Assembly (NCBI RefSeq): GCF_964204865.1
Contig: NC_135264.1
Span: forward strand, 13,888,001-13,952,000
From: Styela clava
Lineage: Eukaryota
DNA: 64,000 bases
Direction: 5' to 3'
Below, in pieces: positions 10,801 to 22,685 of the stretch (position 1 is the first letter of the stretch; every line of letters starts with the position of its first letter). Made by a program: the position numbers and the translations under genes. The notes beneath the pieces are model-generated. The model was not told the origin of the DNA. It worked only from the letters and a program-made list of their open reading frames with translations, and ran no database searches.

Positions 10801-13800
10801 AAGTTGGATATGTAAATGCTTATTATTCCAAATACATAGACTTTTGAGTTGACTAAATTTTGTAGCCGCAAAAATGAAATTTCTAAATACTATTGTAGCA
10901 AGGTAGCCAATCCATTGGGATGTTAGTACCTGTACTGGCAATAAAATATCGTTTCATCATCGATACATATTAAGTAGATAAGATTCGGCCCTGCCAAACA
11001 CAGCTTAATATTATTAAGGCTGCTTGCTCCTTTTCATAAACATCATAAACGAAATTTTTTTTTGATGAAAGACTTGAAAAGTGTACATATGAATCCTTTT
11101 GCTAAATTGTTGTTAATTGAAAAAAATCATTTTCAACTATTGGACCAATTGATTTCAATTTTTCAGTTATCCGTACTTAATAGGCCACCATAAGACTGAT
11201 TACTCTTATTTCTTCAAATTTCTCTGAACAGTATTCATGGCCTATGGAAAGGAAACTCTTCATTTTGTTATGCTTGTCTACTGAGCTTTTGAACAAAATC
11301 TGTGCTCAGGTAATGCCTTAGAGCAGAGTTCCCAAACTTTTCCTTGTTTGTTTATCTTATTTTTGACGGACCCCCCAAGGGTCAACCTGTATTTTGTCAT
11401 CCTATTGGTAAGAGCTGAAAATGCTGCCTAATACATGTGTGTCATTACAAAAAGCAATAAAATTTTATTGTCTTCACTGACAGCAATTGATACCAGGATT
11501 CGCCCACAACCAAAAAGACCCAATGGCTTTTTGATTAGAATCAATCATTAAAAATCGATCAGACTCTTTTCATATTGTTGCGCACTCCTGGTGCAGTCAT
11601 CACGAACCCCAGTTTGGGAGACCCTGCCTTAGAGTACCAGCGTGCAACCTTCGTGTCCACATATTTTGAGCATTGCTCTCTCGTTTAAAAATAAAATTCA
11701 ATTCACCTCTTCTGGGTTGTTGAGGCATCGCTGATAAATGTCCAGGAACATTGTTGAAATTGGAGAAAGGTGCTTGCGAGTTTGGATTCATCACACTCTG
11801 ATGTAACGCTGAATCCGAGTTCGTCCTAGACAGGGCAAAACTATCGTTTCACACATGCCCATATAGAGGTTTACGGGGGTTGGGGGCGTGGTCAGGATGG
11901 AGCGGGTGGGGTCACAATAGGTTAGTAAGCAATGTATAGTTATTTTAAATTGAGGGTCAAAGGTCGAATTAAGGATAATTTTTTCATAAAAGTTTAAGAC
12001 AATTTACCACAATAAAATGTATTTATATTATAATAACACAAATGCATGTTGCGACATTTAAAATCAAAACACAGAATATGTGATCCGTTTAAAATTAGAT
12101 TAAACATGCAAATTTTTGAATTTAATAAAAAACAAAAAATTGACCAATTTTAAGTAATTATTTCACATTTGTTTTTTGAGTTGGAATAGTCATCAAATTA
12201 TGATAACATCAATTTAGTATTTGACAAAACAATTATAAATCAGCCACCAGAGTTAGTTCAAACAAAAACGTTTAACAACAAATACAAAGCATGATGTAAA
12301 TGGTTCGTGGAATTAAGACATTACGAGCAAAATTATGTGACCGAATGAATTTTGACAAGGGTGAGACAGGGTTGGTGACCAGGTGGGTGATAATTAGGGG
12401 TGCAGGTTTGCAAGCGGGTGCAGGTACGGGCAGGCAATGATGACGACACGCAAAATAGAAAGCAAAATAAAGCATGTGTAAGTTAGATTGTAAAATTAAG
12501 CAAGCAAAACAATCATATTAAACTACCAACGAACTACAAGCATTCACTACACAACTAAATAGAAGTGATGTCCAGATATGCATTTAGCATAATAAAAAAT
12601 TTGGATTAAAAAATACTGCAAATTCATATTTATAACCATGATAATGAATTTTTGAAATTTAAAAATAACCAAACTGATAAAATTGTGGTAATTTTAGAAA
12701 TTCAATAACTGTTTTGAGTTCTAGAATATTGTGCTAGACAAATTTGCAATCTTGCGACAATAATATTTTGTACGCTCTGGCATATATTCTTCAATAACAC
12801 AAAATAAATTTAGAATCGAAATCGAAAATGATGATTATCAGAAAGCTATATCAACAACCAATGACTACATAACATGAAACATTAATCTGATTTTCCGAAA
12901 GATGGTAACAGCCCTAATAATCATGCAAAAGAAACCACTGGACAAAACTGCTATAAAGCAAATAAACATTAATAAACACTATATTGATTTTCTACTACTA
13001 TTTAGTATATAGCTTTAGTATATACAGAATCACCATTCCGTCTTAATTGAACATAGATTTGGAATCAACTTGTGTAAGAAAGATACCTGTGTATAGGAAG
13101 AAAGTGAACTCTAAAGATATATTAATAGTTTTTTGCATTTTTTCAAGTTTGAAACAATTAAAAACATACTATATAATATCTAGTAAATAAGATTGTAATT
13201 TAATTGATATATTGTTTGAATTTGTCATACCTTTTTATGTTCCATTATTACAAGACACAATACTAGTAAAATCAATAAAATTGTTTACATAACGATTACT
13301 GTATAAAATAGAATTTATGGTGATTAGGAAAATGCTGAGTGCACAAATAAAGCATTTATGTATCAATATTCTATGAGAATGTGCAAACAATACTGCATAC
13401 AAGAATAGGGAAAGAATGTTCGTCAACTCTTGATCCGGTAAAAATTTATCCTATAGTTTAGTACTGCAAAATTTTTGGTCCCCTTTTTGAGAACGATTTA
13501 GCGAATTTTGTTTCAAGGAGATTCGAGCAACTTCAGTGAAAATATGTTGACAGCTAGTTTTAGCCTATTCAATCCAAGCTTTTTCATTTATTCTGAAGAA
13601 GAATTTATCCTAAAACTTTGATTTATATTTATATTCATGAGACATGACTGAGACTGCAAAATGAAAGTCAAAGTCAATTTCATTTTATAAATTATATGCA
13701 GTACTTCTAATACAAATAGCGTTATTTTAGCCAATACTTAATTAACAATCAACATTTAACAAAGCGGGCTATATTACAATTTTGTTGCAAATAGATACAT

Positions 13801-16800
13801 TTATTGAAATCAGATTTTTGAAAGATGAGATAATTTATATACCGGTTTATGCATGATAATTTCTAGTCGGAGAGAAAACTTGATAGTGAATCTTGATCCT
13901 CCTCCCCGTAAAAAAAGAGGTTTTCGTAACCAGTTGACATAATCAGTTAGTTAATTCTTCCTAATAACCATAAAAAATTACCATAAAATTTCCATTATAA
14001 TCTGGCAATTTTTTTTTTTTTCATGATTTAACACCCGATGATAAGAATAACAAATTTGAAACCTAATCTAGAATAAATTAAATTCAGTGGCATTAGGGCC
14101 AAAAAAATCCCATAAAACACAATATGGGGTATACTTGACATAGTTTTGAATTTATAGCGTGATAAAATATACACAAGTCTTAATGAATGCATTAAGCCCG
14201 TAATAATCGATAGAGTCATCCATGCATACAATACAAAAAGGGTTGAGGGCATAGATAGATAAATCATTTTTTACAAAATGGAAAAATGGAGAATTTGTGT
14301 CCCGAAAAATCACTATTTCTTATCAAGGCAATCTTTCGAAACTTAAATAAACTAGAAATTTTGTTTTATTCTTAGAGTAATGAATTGATGATATAACTCA
14401 TTTTATAAAATTTGAAATGAATAATAATGGAATTGAACGCTTTGCAGATAGATTTATTAAGCGTCTTATCCCAAACTACAATTAATTGTTACATGTAAAT
14501 ATATGCCAGTATGTTCAGATTAATAGAAATTTTGTCTTATTCGTAGAGTAGTAAATAGATGGTATAACTCATTTTATAATATTTGAAATAAATAACAATG
14601 GAATGGAACGCTTTGCATAAAGAAGTATAATCGTCTTATCCTGAAGGACAATCGTTTCATGTAAAATATATACCAGTATGTCAGACTTCAAAAATATCCA
14701 AAACACGATAACTAGAGCCCAAATTCTTTATCCTAGATATGTTAAATTGATTCAGTCCAAAACAGTTCAAGAGCATATAATCTAAATCTATTCATTTTTA
14801 ATGAAGCGTTGAATGCAAATTAGAATTTATGTAAAATCGCACATCTGGCATCATAAATGAAGGGCGTGAAATATTCACAATCAAAAAATATCATATAAAA
14901 TCTTTTTGAAACTGAAACAGTATGTGTAAGGATTATATTGTTTCTAAAATACTCTTCAGTACATTGAAAATCAACGTTGCACATAAGATATTCTGGTAGC
15001 GACAGAATTTAAATAATACATGCAAATCTAAGCTATAAACGCCAGACTCGCGATGCGCTTAGTGGTAATAAGATATGCAATGAAATCAATACATTATATG
15101 ATTGATTTCTGTCTAAAAAAAGCTAAAAGACAGTTTTTTAAACGCTTATTATAGGATATTTCTGCAACATAACGTTTACTGATTTACATTTACAGATGAG
15201 TAATTAGGGTAATTAAACAATGATATTTTAATTGTAACAAGAGCATATGAGCATTGTAACAAATTGTATATGTTACAGATGAAATTCTCTATCATAATAT
15301 ATATATATATATATATATAAATATTATATTGATATTAGTATAATACTCTTATCAAGAAATAAATGTTTTTTAAAATACCGACTGTAGAAAAATTTATTAT
15401 AGTATAAAATTCATTTTCGATAAAGTAAATTTTACGTGATGACAGATTTTTAAATCGATTGGATCACAAATCATAAATTGCATTCTTTGGACATTTATTT
15501 TTATGCCATTATATTATCAAGGCAAGGTGCTAATTTAGGAATTGGAAGCATTATAAGTATTTGAGATAAAAATAAAACATTCTATTCTTCAACTAAATCT
15601 AAACTATATTATGATTCGAATATTTTTTCGATTTAGACAGATTCAAATATTGGAGGTAGCTTTCTTTGTTTCAACCTAATGGTTGTTTAATAATATACTC
15701 CAAATCATACAACATAAAGCAGTGAGCACCTATCTTAACCGAAGTCTTTTGGGAATACGACGATGTCAAACCAGAATGGTGCACAATGTCATAAAATAAA
15801 TTAAGCTATTTGGACACCTAGATATACAGGGTGTCCATGAAGTCCCTTTACAATTTCAATTTTGTTATGAAGTCAGTTCTCAATATATCTTAACCGGGTT
15901 AGTTGTTTTTTCAATCAGTGAATGTTAAAGTATTTTTACCTTTTTAATACTTCTGTGAGGCCAAAACAATATATGAAATTGACAACTTCCCTTTGCACTT
16001 TTTAATTTTTTTTTTTTAAGAATTCATGGACGCCTTATATATATGTATGTTTATATTATAATTTTAAAACGAATAGATTATACAAAAAAACTCATTATTT
16101 GGAAATACCAGTAACTCTCACAGAATTTAGAACATACAAAAAAAATAGAACCTAGATTACGGATTATGCAGTACTTCAAATTAACTCTTTATTCGGTCAA
16201 TGACCACAAAGCAATAAAATGATGACTCATGTCACGTTGAACACATCATGTTCACATTGTTAAAACAAGTTTTCTATTTTGAATACATTTTGGAGCATAT
16301 TTTATTATAAAAAGGTTTGTTTTTATCATAAATAATATTTTAGAATATCAAAAATAAGTATTCTATTTTAAATACATTTTCCAAATCAAGTATATTATTA
16401 GAAAACCAGAGATATTCTACTCAGTGCTGCAGAAAAGTTAGGTAAATCATTATTTGATTTATTTTATTTTTAAGAATTTCTCAAAAACAAAATACTAAAT
16501 CATTCATAAATACAGAAAATAACCAATACCGAATGTATTGAAGTATTTGATCCATTTAGATATATCCAATGCAGTAACGCTTTTGTATAAATTGTTCCAT
16601 TGGCATAGTTCTGAACAAACTAGATGAAGTAATGTTGAACTCCAAAAGATGTATCTGTTTTGAACTGTGCTAAGGATGCGTAAATCTTATAATTAGGAAT
16701 ATTATCTACCTCATCAAATGTAATGTAATTAATTGACTTAATTATGATGTTTAAATGTAAGCTTAACAATGATAGATCGAACCTCTTAACATTGCAAAGA

Positions 16801-19800
16801 ATTAAATGTTATATTCCAGATCTAAATGATTAAATATTTTATAATACTTTGTTGTATTAATCAATTTGGTGTAATAAAAGTTAACTTTACAATATGAAAA
16901 GTTGATAACTTGACACAGAGAAATTTGGAAATTTCCTCAACTGAAATGTCACATAATTCTATAATAATATATGTGACAATGATATTCCTTAGGAATCCAA
17001 TTTTTGTTACTGATTTTGAATTTAGAATGGCTTAGGACTGCAGTATTGAACTGAATCATATAAGTGATGAGAACATGTTGTAACACACGTATGAATGATA
17101 CAACGTAATTTAGATGTGTAAATGCGAACGGACAAAAAAATTAACTTGATAAATTATATTTAAACTTGATTCACTTCAAAGATTAAGAAGGTAAATCTGT
17201 TTTCCAATAAAATTTTAGTGCTTTTTTATGACGATTTTGGAGAAAAAAAACAAACAACATTTAGGCTATTTGGAATCAAAATTAATTGCAATGTTGAATT
17301 TAAAAAAAAACATCTATTCTGATTCATAGACGAAACACAAACACGCTAATAGTTCCAAGTAACATTGCCAAAAAGCCTCCATACAATGTTTGAAAGAAAA
17401 TCAACAACTTCTATTGCTATCAAAGTTGCTCACATTAAAATCTATCACTAATGTCATGTTAGATACCTCAACATAAAATAATTAGGTTACACCATAATTT
17501 GGCTTTGCTAACTTTAAAAAACATTCGAAGGATTTGATATTACTTTCGAATTTAAAATAAAAACACTGACATTTAATTACTACTACAATTTATACCTGGA
17601 CAAAACTGCTAGCCATAATTTTTATGATTTTCATTATACAGTTCAACAACAAAGAAACACGAACTTAAACAAATTATTTCAAATCAAGACTGAAATTAAC
17701 ACAAGCATATTCAATTAACTCTACATACAATAATGTTATGTTGTGACTACGATTATACAACTACAAGACTAGCAAGCAGATGAAACTGATCAAATGCCAA
17801 AGCAATCTACGTATGAATACAATACAATTACTACATGTACCTTCTCCAACTGGTATCGGCAGGAGGTGACAAATAGGGCCCGCTATACGGCCCACCGGGC
17901 ATTCCTTCAACGTGACGAGGATGTCGGTTCTGAAAATCTGGCCTCCTATACGGCCTTGGACGAGAGTCAAAGCGCACTTGGTGGCGCATATGTGGTGGCT
18001 TAAAATCCTCATACATGCCCTGAAAAAAATCATAAAACAGAAAATTGAAACTATAAATCAGAATAATGTACTAGCATGCAAGTCATCTCACAAGATGCAA
18101 CCTATTGTCAACCACTTCATATAAAATTTGTGAATTGAACAGACTTTTGAACTGAATTTTCTCCCAATTTGAAGACACTATATGTTTTGTGTTGAGCATA
18201 TATCCAATTTCCACAAAGCATTACAATAATGATAATATCTGCCATTTTACAATCTATAAATTCTCTATCGAATTCTCTGATATTACTCGACCCTGTTGTT
18301 TATTTGTAACAAATATGAGCTAATTGTTAGTTACTCTAGCTGAAAAATAGTTCTAGGATCAATTTCCTGAATCTCACTCCTGCAAACTTTATAGAAGAGT
18401 ACATGCTTGGTCTGGTCTATTACAATTTGATCAATTTGAAAATGAAATCAGTAAATCGTGACTTTCCAGAACAACACCATGTTAACCAAACACAGTGATG
18501 ATGTCAATCACGCTTCATTGATTAAAAGTTAAAATGAGTTAAAACTAATTCAAGAAGATTGACCTATACCTTAACATCAAATGTCCAGTCACAAAAAAAT
18601 GAGAACTTCTGACTTACCTGTCGCATCTGCATTTCCATCGGTGGTCCAGACATTTGATTAACATTTGGTAAAGATCCTCCAAGATATGAAGGCCTGAGAA
18701 ATGCTTGTGGATGGGGATGGAGACGTTGAGGTTGCTGAAAAGCAAAGAGGTCACATGATTAAATAGTTGGGAATTGTAAAACCATGCCCAAGATCTGCAA
18801 AGACTGTGCGATATTTGCCATTATAATATTATGACATGTAGTGGTAGTCGTTTTTAAATTGCACATATTTCCAGTTTATTGTGAAGCTCTATTTCGCGTT
18901 TTTTGCAATAAATTGAGAGACCATGGCAGTCTAGTAATAAATGGATTCTAATACATTGTTATAACTGCCGTCATGAAACTTTAAAATGTCAAACAAAACA
19001 ACAAAACGAATCGTGAAAATCCTACACACTATTAAGTGCGTATTTAATAGTTATTATTAGCTGTTGAGTAGCTCCCCAGGTTCAAGTAAAATATATCTAT
19101 GAATAATGAAAAAATACAACATTTGTCCCTAAAACGAGGACATTTGGGTACAGTGGCAAATCTTCAAGATATCATTATGTTTGCAGCAATAAGTATCTCT
19201 ACGGACAATGAATGTTATGCGAACGAAACTAATTCTCATCGATCGTTTCTTGATCACAGAGGTAATTTTTTCCCTGTGGAACATATCGAAAATTTAATTG
19301 CGACATTTTAAGATTTCAGCTAATTGTTTTTGCTAAAGATCTTGAACGCTACGGTAATTTTTTTTCAAGGAATCTAACGGTGACGTTTATAGACTTCTTT
19401 TCCTTTCAGTTTATTGTGCAGTACCAATTTGAAAATTTGTGGCGATATGGAGGCTCCACACTGTCTCCTAAAGAAAGATAGGGTTTGCATCCACTGTTAT
19501 AATTATTGTCTTCAAATATAGGGGTTATTGTTACGTACTGAATGAGTTTTTTTTAGTCTATTGCACAATACCAGATTGCTGATTTTGTTACGATATGGAT
19601 AGGTACATGTTGCCAGACTGTCCTGCAAAGAAGGGGTTTGTATTCATCATTATATTGAATGTCTGAAATATAGGGGTTATTATCAGAATAAAAGAATAGT
19701 GCTATCCTGTATTGTGCGGGTATATTTCATGATTTCCATGACAATGTGCAATCCCAGAATCTTTCAGTTTTGTAAGTAGTGTAATGGGTTGAACAATTGC

Positions 19801-20845
19801 GAGGGTCTTGCAAAAATTTACCAGCTACGGACAGCCCGATAGAGTCGGAGAGTAGTAAGCCAAAACGGGTCTAGTATAGTTTAGTACCACAGGTACTTCC
19901 AGCGGGCGTAGCATAACGAATTTTGCATATGTTATTCCTAACCCCCACCTGTCTATGTCATCCAAAAATTACGTCACTGCGACGTCGCCATCACGTCATA
20001 GGTCTTGCCAAAGTATAATTACGATCGGCCGAAATGACATCTGCGCCGCCGATAACGAACTCGCTAAAGCCGGCGAACTCTCTCCTATCGTGATCGTTGT
20101 GACGAGAAAACGAGAGATAGCTTGCTCGATTTCGGGTGCTCGTCTGCGCGTTTTGGACGACCATTCGCATACTTTGGTGGGCATTATTACGCCACTGTGA
20201 CGTCGAAATGACGTAATTTTTGGGTGACGTAGTCAGGTGAGGGTTAGGATTGACATATGCAAAAATTGTTGAGCAAGGTCAACTAGAAGTGCATGTGGTA
20301 CTAAACTATACCAGACCCGCCAAAACGCAGATTGGCAGAGTTAAACAATCTTCTTGAAACAATAACTGCAGTACTGTATCATCATAAGAATTGATAAACT
20401 TTGACAGCGTAGTGAAACTGAGACCGACCAATGCAAACATGTAATACATTGTGTCAATATATTTAAAATCAGAGACTAATACAGCAATATCGCCGTTTAT
20501 TTGTATTTCAAGTGTAATCAAATGTAAAAAAAAATTGAAAGGTGTAAGAATTAATGACCTCTGCGCTAGATCGAATACATTCGGGGTCTGCGTGCCCGAT
20601 TTGGCAATAGTACTGTAGTAAAACAACTACAGATATTGCCATTATTTTCATGGGCGTGCTGATTTTGCGTTTTTTCGCCAAAACAAACGATGAAAAATGA
20701 TGAAATATCCATTAAACGTAATTAAACTTGTGCTTACCCTTGTAACAGAAACTTCTTGCATAATCCTTTCAAAAGCAGCCGTTTCCTCGGCTTGCTTTTG
20801 ATTGTGTAAAGCAATTTTTTCCGAAAATTTTCGGGGATTCGCCAT
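1824..20845 (-). CDS. CRTC1: CREB-regulated transcription coactivator (CRTC/TORC), 5' nine coding exons; gene continues beyond the left edge
   Basis: Phase-consistent GT-AG exons: 20845-20738 ([45 protein letters not shown]-binding helix), 18734-18618 ([11 protein letters not shown]), 18019-17841 ([11 protein letters not shown]), 11825-11707 ([18 protein letters not shown] site), 10567-10462 (GPKSCE), 8839-8721 (NNTGSLP), 7784-7708 ([16 protein letters not shown]), 6744-6636, 1922-1824 ([13 protein letters not shown]). Probably the single pro-orthologue of CRTC1/2/3. Confidence 0.95.
6319..6520. mobile_element. Tc1/mariner-like MITE
   Basis: TA-CAGGGTGTCCATAAAGTC ... GACTTTATAGACATCCTA-TA; close copy at 15827-16037. 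Confidence 0.7.
7141..7215 (-). ncRNA. SNORD18: Box C/D snoRNA, U18/SNORD18-like, copy 1 (CRTC intron 7)
   Basis: Minus strand reads GCTCA-A-ATGATGA(C box)...CTTCATGGTCCGTGTTT-TTGA(D')...TGATAA(C')...GAT-CTGA(D)-TGAGC. Terminal stem GCTCA/TGAGC. The 12-nt guide is complementary to the conserved LSU rRNA segment AAACACGGACCA. Confidence 0.88.
8267..8343 (-). ncRNA. SNORD18: Box C/D snoRNA, U18/SNORD18-like, copy 2 (CRTC intron 6)
   Basis: Same C, D', C', D boxes and identical guide TGGTCCGTGTTT; terminal stem TGCTCA/TGAGCA; only the spacers differ from copy 1. Confidence 0.88.
9067..9140 (-). ncRNA. SNORD18: Box C/D snoRNA, U18/SNORD18-like, copy 3 (CRTC intron 5)
   Basis: Same boxes, identical guide and GCTCA/TGAGC terminal stem; flanking intron sequence is unrelated to copies 1 and 2. 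Confidence 0.88.
10265..10406. repeat. Degenerate copy of the same repeat (ribozyme core deleted), again with an inverted partial segment
   Basis: GATGCTGTAG segment plus AAATACATTTGTGTTAGTGTGCAGCAAGACTC. Confidence 0.6.
11324..11626. mobile_element. hAT-like MITE
   Basis: TIRs CAGAGTTCCCAAACT / AGTTTGGGAGACCCTG with perfect 8-bp TSD CCTTAGAG. Confidence 0.8.
11843..12523 (-). promoter_or_regulatory. Very long AG-exclusion zone with branch-point motifs upstream of CRTC exon 4
   Basis: No CT dinucleotide on the plus strand (no AG on the transcript strand) between 11843 and 12523. CTAAC at ~12482-12486 is followed by a pyrimidine tract; ACTAAC at ~12252-12257; perfect TACTAAC at 11921-11927. 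Confidence 0.8.
14353..14686. repeat. Diverged ~170-bp tandem duplication in CRTC intron 3
   Basis: TAGAAATTTTGT..TATAACTCATTTTATAA..GAACGCTTTGCA..CGTCTTATCC..CCAGTATGT occurs at 14353 and again at 14524. Confidence 0.8.
15827..16037. mobile_element. Tc1/mariner-like MITE (same family as 6319-6520)
   Basis: TA-CAGGGTGTCCATGAAGTCCCTTTACAATTTCAATTTTG... matches the 6319 copy. Confidence 0.7.
19921..20264. mobile_element. GC-rich foldback/MITE-like element with ~65-bp inverted ends in CRTC intron 1
   Basis: TTTTGCATATGTTATTCCTAACCCCCACCTGTCTATGTCATCCAAAAATTACGTCA is mirrored by TGACGTAATTTTTGGGTGACGTAGTCAGGTGAGGGTTAGGATTGACATATGCAAAA. Confidence 0.7.
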
Positions 20846-20889
20846 CTTTATCAGCCGACCTCGCAAACGATGATGCCAGAATGAAGCGC

Positions 20890-20962
20890 CGGCCAATCAG
20901 TGAGCGTAGTGTTTATCACGTGACTATAGAAAATCACAAACAGATATTATCAATTCCGCGAG
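20890..20962 (-). promoter_or_regulatory. Putative CRTC proximal promoter
   Basis: CpG-rich patch directly upstream of the ATG, with CCAAT (20893-20897), E-box TCACGTGAC (20916-20924) and a TCTCGCGGA motif (minus strand, ~20954-20962). Confidence 0.45.
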
Positions 20963-22685
20963 ATAGCAGCAAAGATTGAATGAACTCGCTAAGGTCATTA
21001 TCACTGATTATTCGATATTGTCGCGACGCGACTTGTGCTTGAGTTGACATTTGTACTAATTTTTGTTTACATTTTGGGTGCATAAATATGAGTTTCAAAT
21101 TTGTCAATAAAGTACAAAATAAATTCGCAAAAAAGGGAATTGATCAAGAAGAATTTGCCTCTAAAACAGAAAAAAAAAATTTACAGTCATAGAGCCGAGA
21201 ACATGGTACACAACATAGTAAGTTGCCTGGCTAGATGGAGGCGCTGTTTACAACGTTGCTGAAATCTTTTTGGCCATCGTTTTAACAATTATTTTAGTTG
21301 AACAAATGATAATTAATGTTAAATGGTGGATGGAACTATTTACATTGCGAATAAATATCCTTGTCTTACACATTTAGAACCAGTCGGGGATTTGCTAAAG
21401 GCTTCTCTATTTTAATATTGCCTATTCAACAACGGTGGAGGATTTTGACTTCTTTTGTTGAAAGTCTGTAATTCCGATTCCCGAGTCAGGAGAATTAAGA
21501 ATGTCGACGATTTTGAAAATCCTACTTCAATGAAAACATACCAAACTCCGAAGCCTTGTTTAGAGTTCTTTAAATAAAATATGTTTGAGATCTTGTACAT
21601 TAATGTAAAGAATTACATACTGTTCAAATCCCACCCCAATGTTAGTCACCGAAGAAGAGTCACATTGACTCTTGTGCCAGTGGAAACACTTCCAACAATA
21701 ACATAAATATTCACAAAATTTTCTATCTTTACACTGTTTAAACTCATAAACGTGCTTTCGGAATGGTTACATAAAAGAGCTACCTCAGTCTTTTCTTTCA
21801 ATACTAGCGTTTCATAGATCTGTGCGCAATTTTCATCACTAATTTCGATCTACCAGAAATATACACATCACACGAGATAAAATGTGATTTGGTTATTTAT
21901 TGATAACCGTTGGTAGCTCTCTTCCAAGCACAAATAATCCACAAAAAGCAGATTTTAATTTGTCATTTTTATTAAACATATATAAGCAATTATTTGATAA
22001 AAATTAACCACTAACGAAGCACGAGAAATTAAACGAGTTTTCAGTTGAAATTAGCATAAACAGATAATAATACACATCAGAATCGTCAACCTTGTAAAAC
22101 ATTTTATCCATTGAACATCGATATATCAAAACTGTTGTCAAGATGGGACATTTACTGAATTGCAAATTACAAATGAACTTTCACTCCAAGTATGTATGGT
22201 ACCCAATAGATACAAATACATGACGAAACTATTGTCAAAATGGGACGTTTACTGAATTGCAATCAGCTAATTCTAGAGACTAGGTTTATTCGAAACGAGT
22301 TACAAATAGAATTTTACTCGAAATATGTACCAAATATTATTCAAATAACAAGATTAGACTCGTCATACTTGGTATGTAAACACTGCTAAAAGATATGGAT
22401 ATTGTACTGAATTTTAATTTGAAATTAATGTAATTTTGAATATATATTTTCAGTTAATTATTTTTAAAAATCTGTTTTCGATAAAAACGTGTAATTCATT
22501 GTATTCTGAATTATTTTTAAGTATAATGAGAAAACCTAAAAAGGATAAGAGTTATTTTGAAGTCAAAATTTTATTTGCGTTCATCTGGCTTTACAAGCTT
22601 AAACAATAAGTACGGTTCGATTAAAATTATGTGATCAATAACTAATAGCTAAAATTAAATTTTTTCGGTCCAATGAATAACATGT

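Noticed and set aside
21647-21849. ~67 open codons, and a GTGATGA..CTGA pair, on the minus strand between tetraspanin and CRTC
   Set aside because: No convincing start or splice partners, no homology, no terminal stem.
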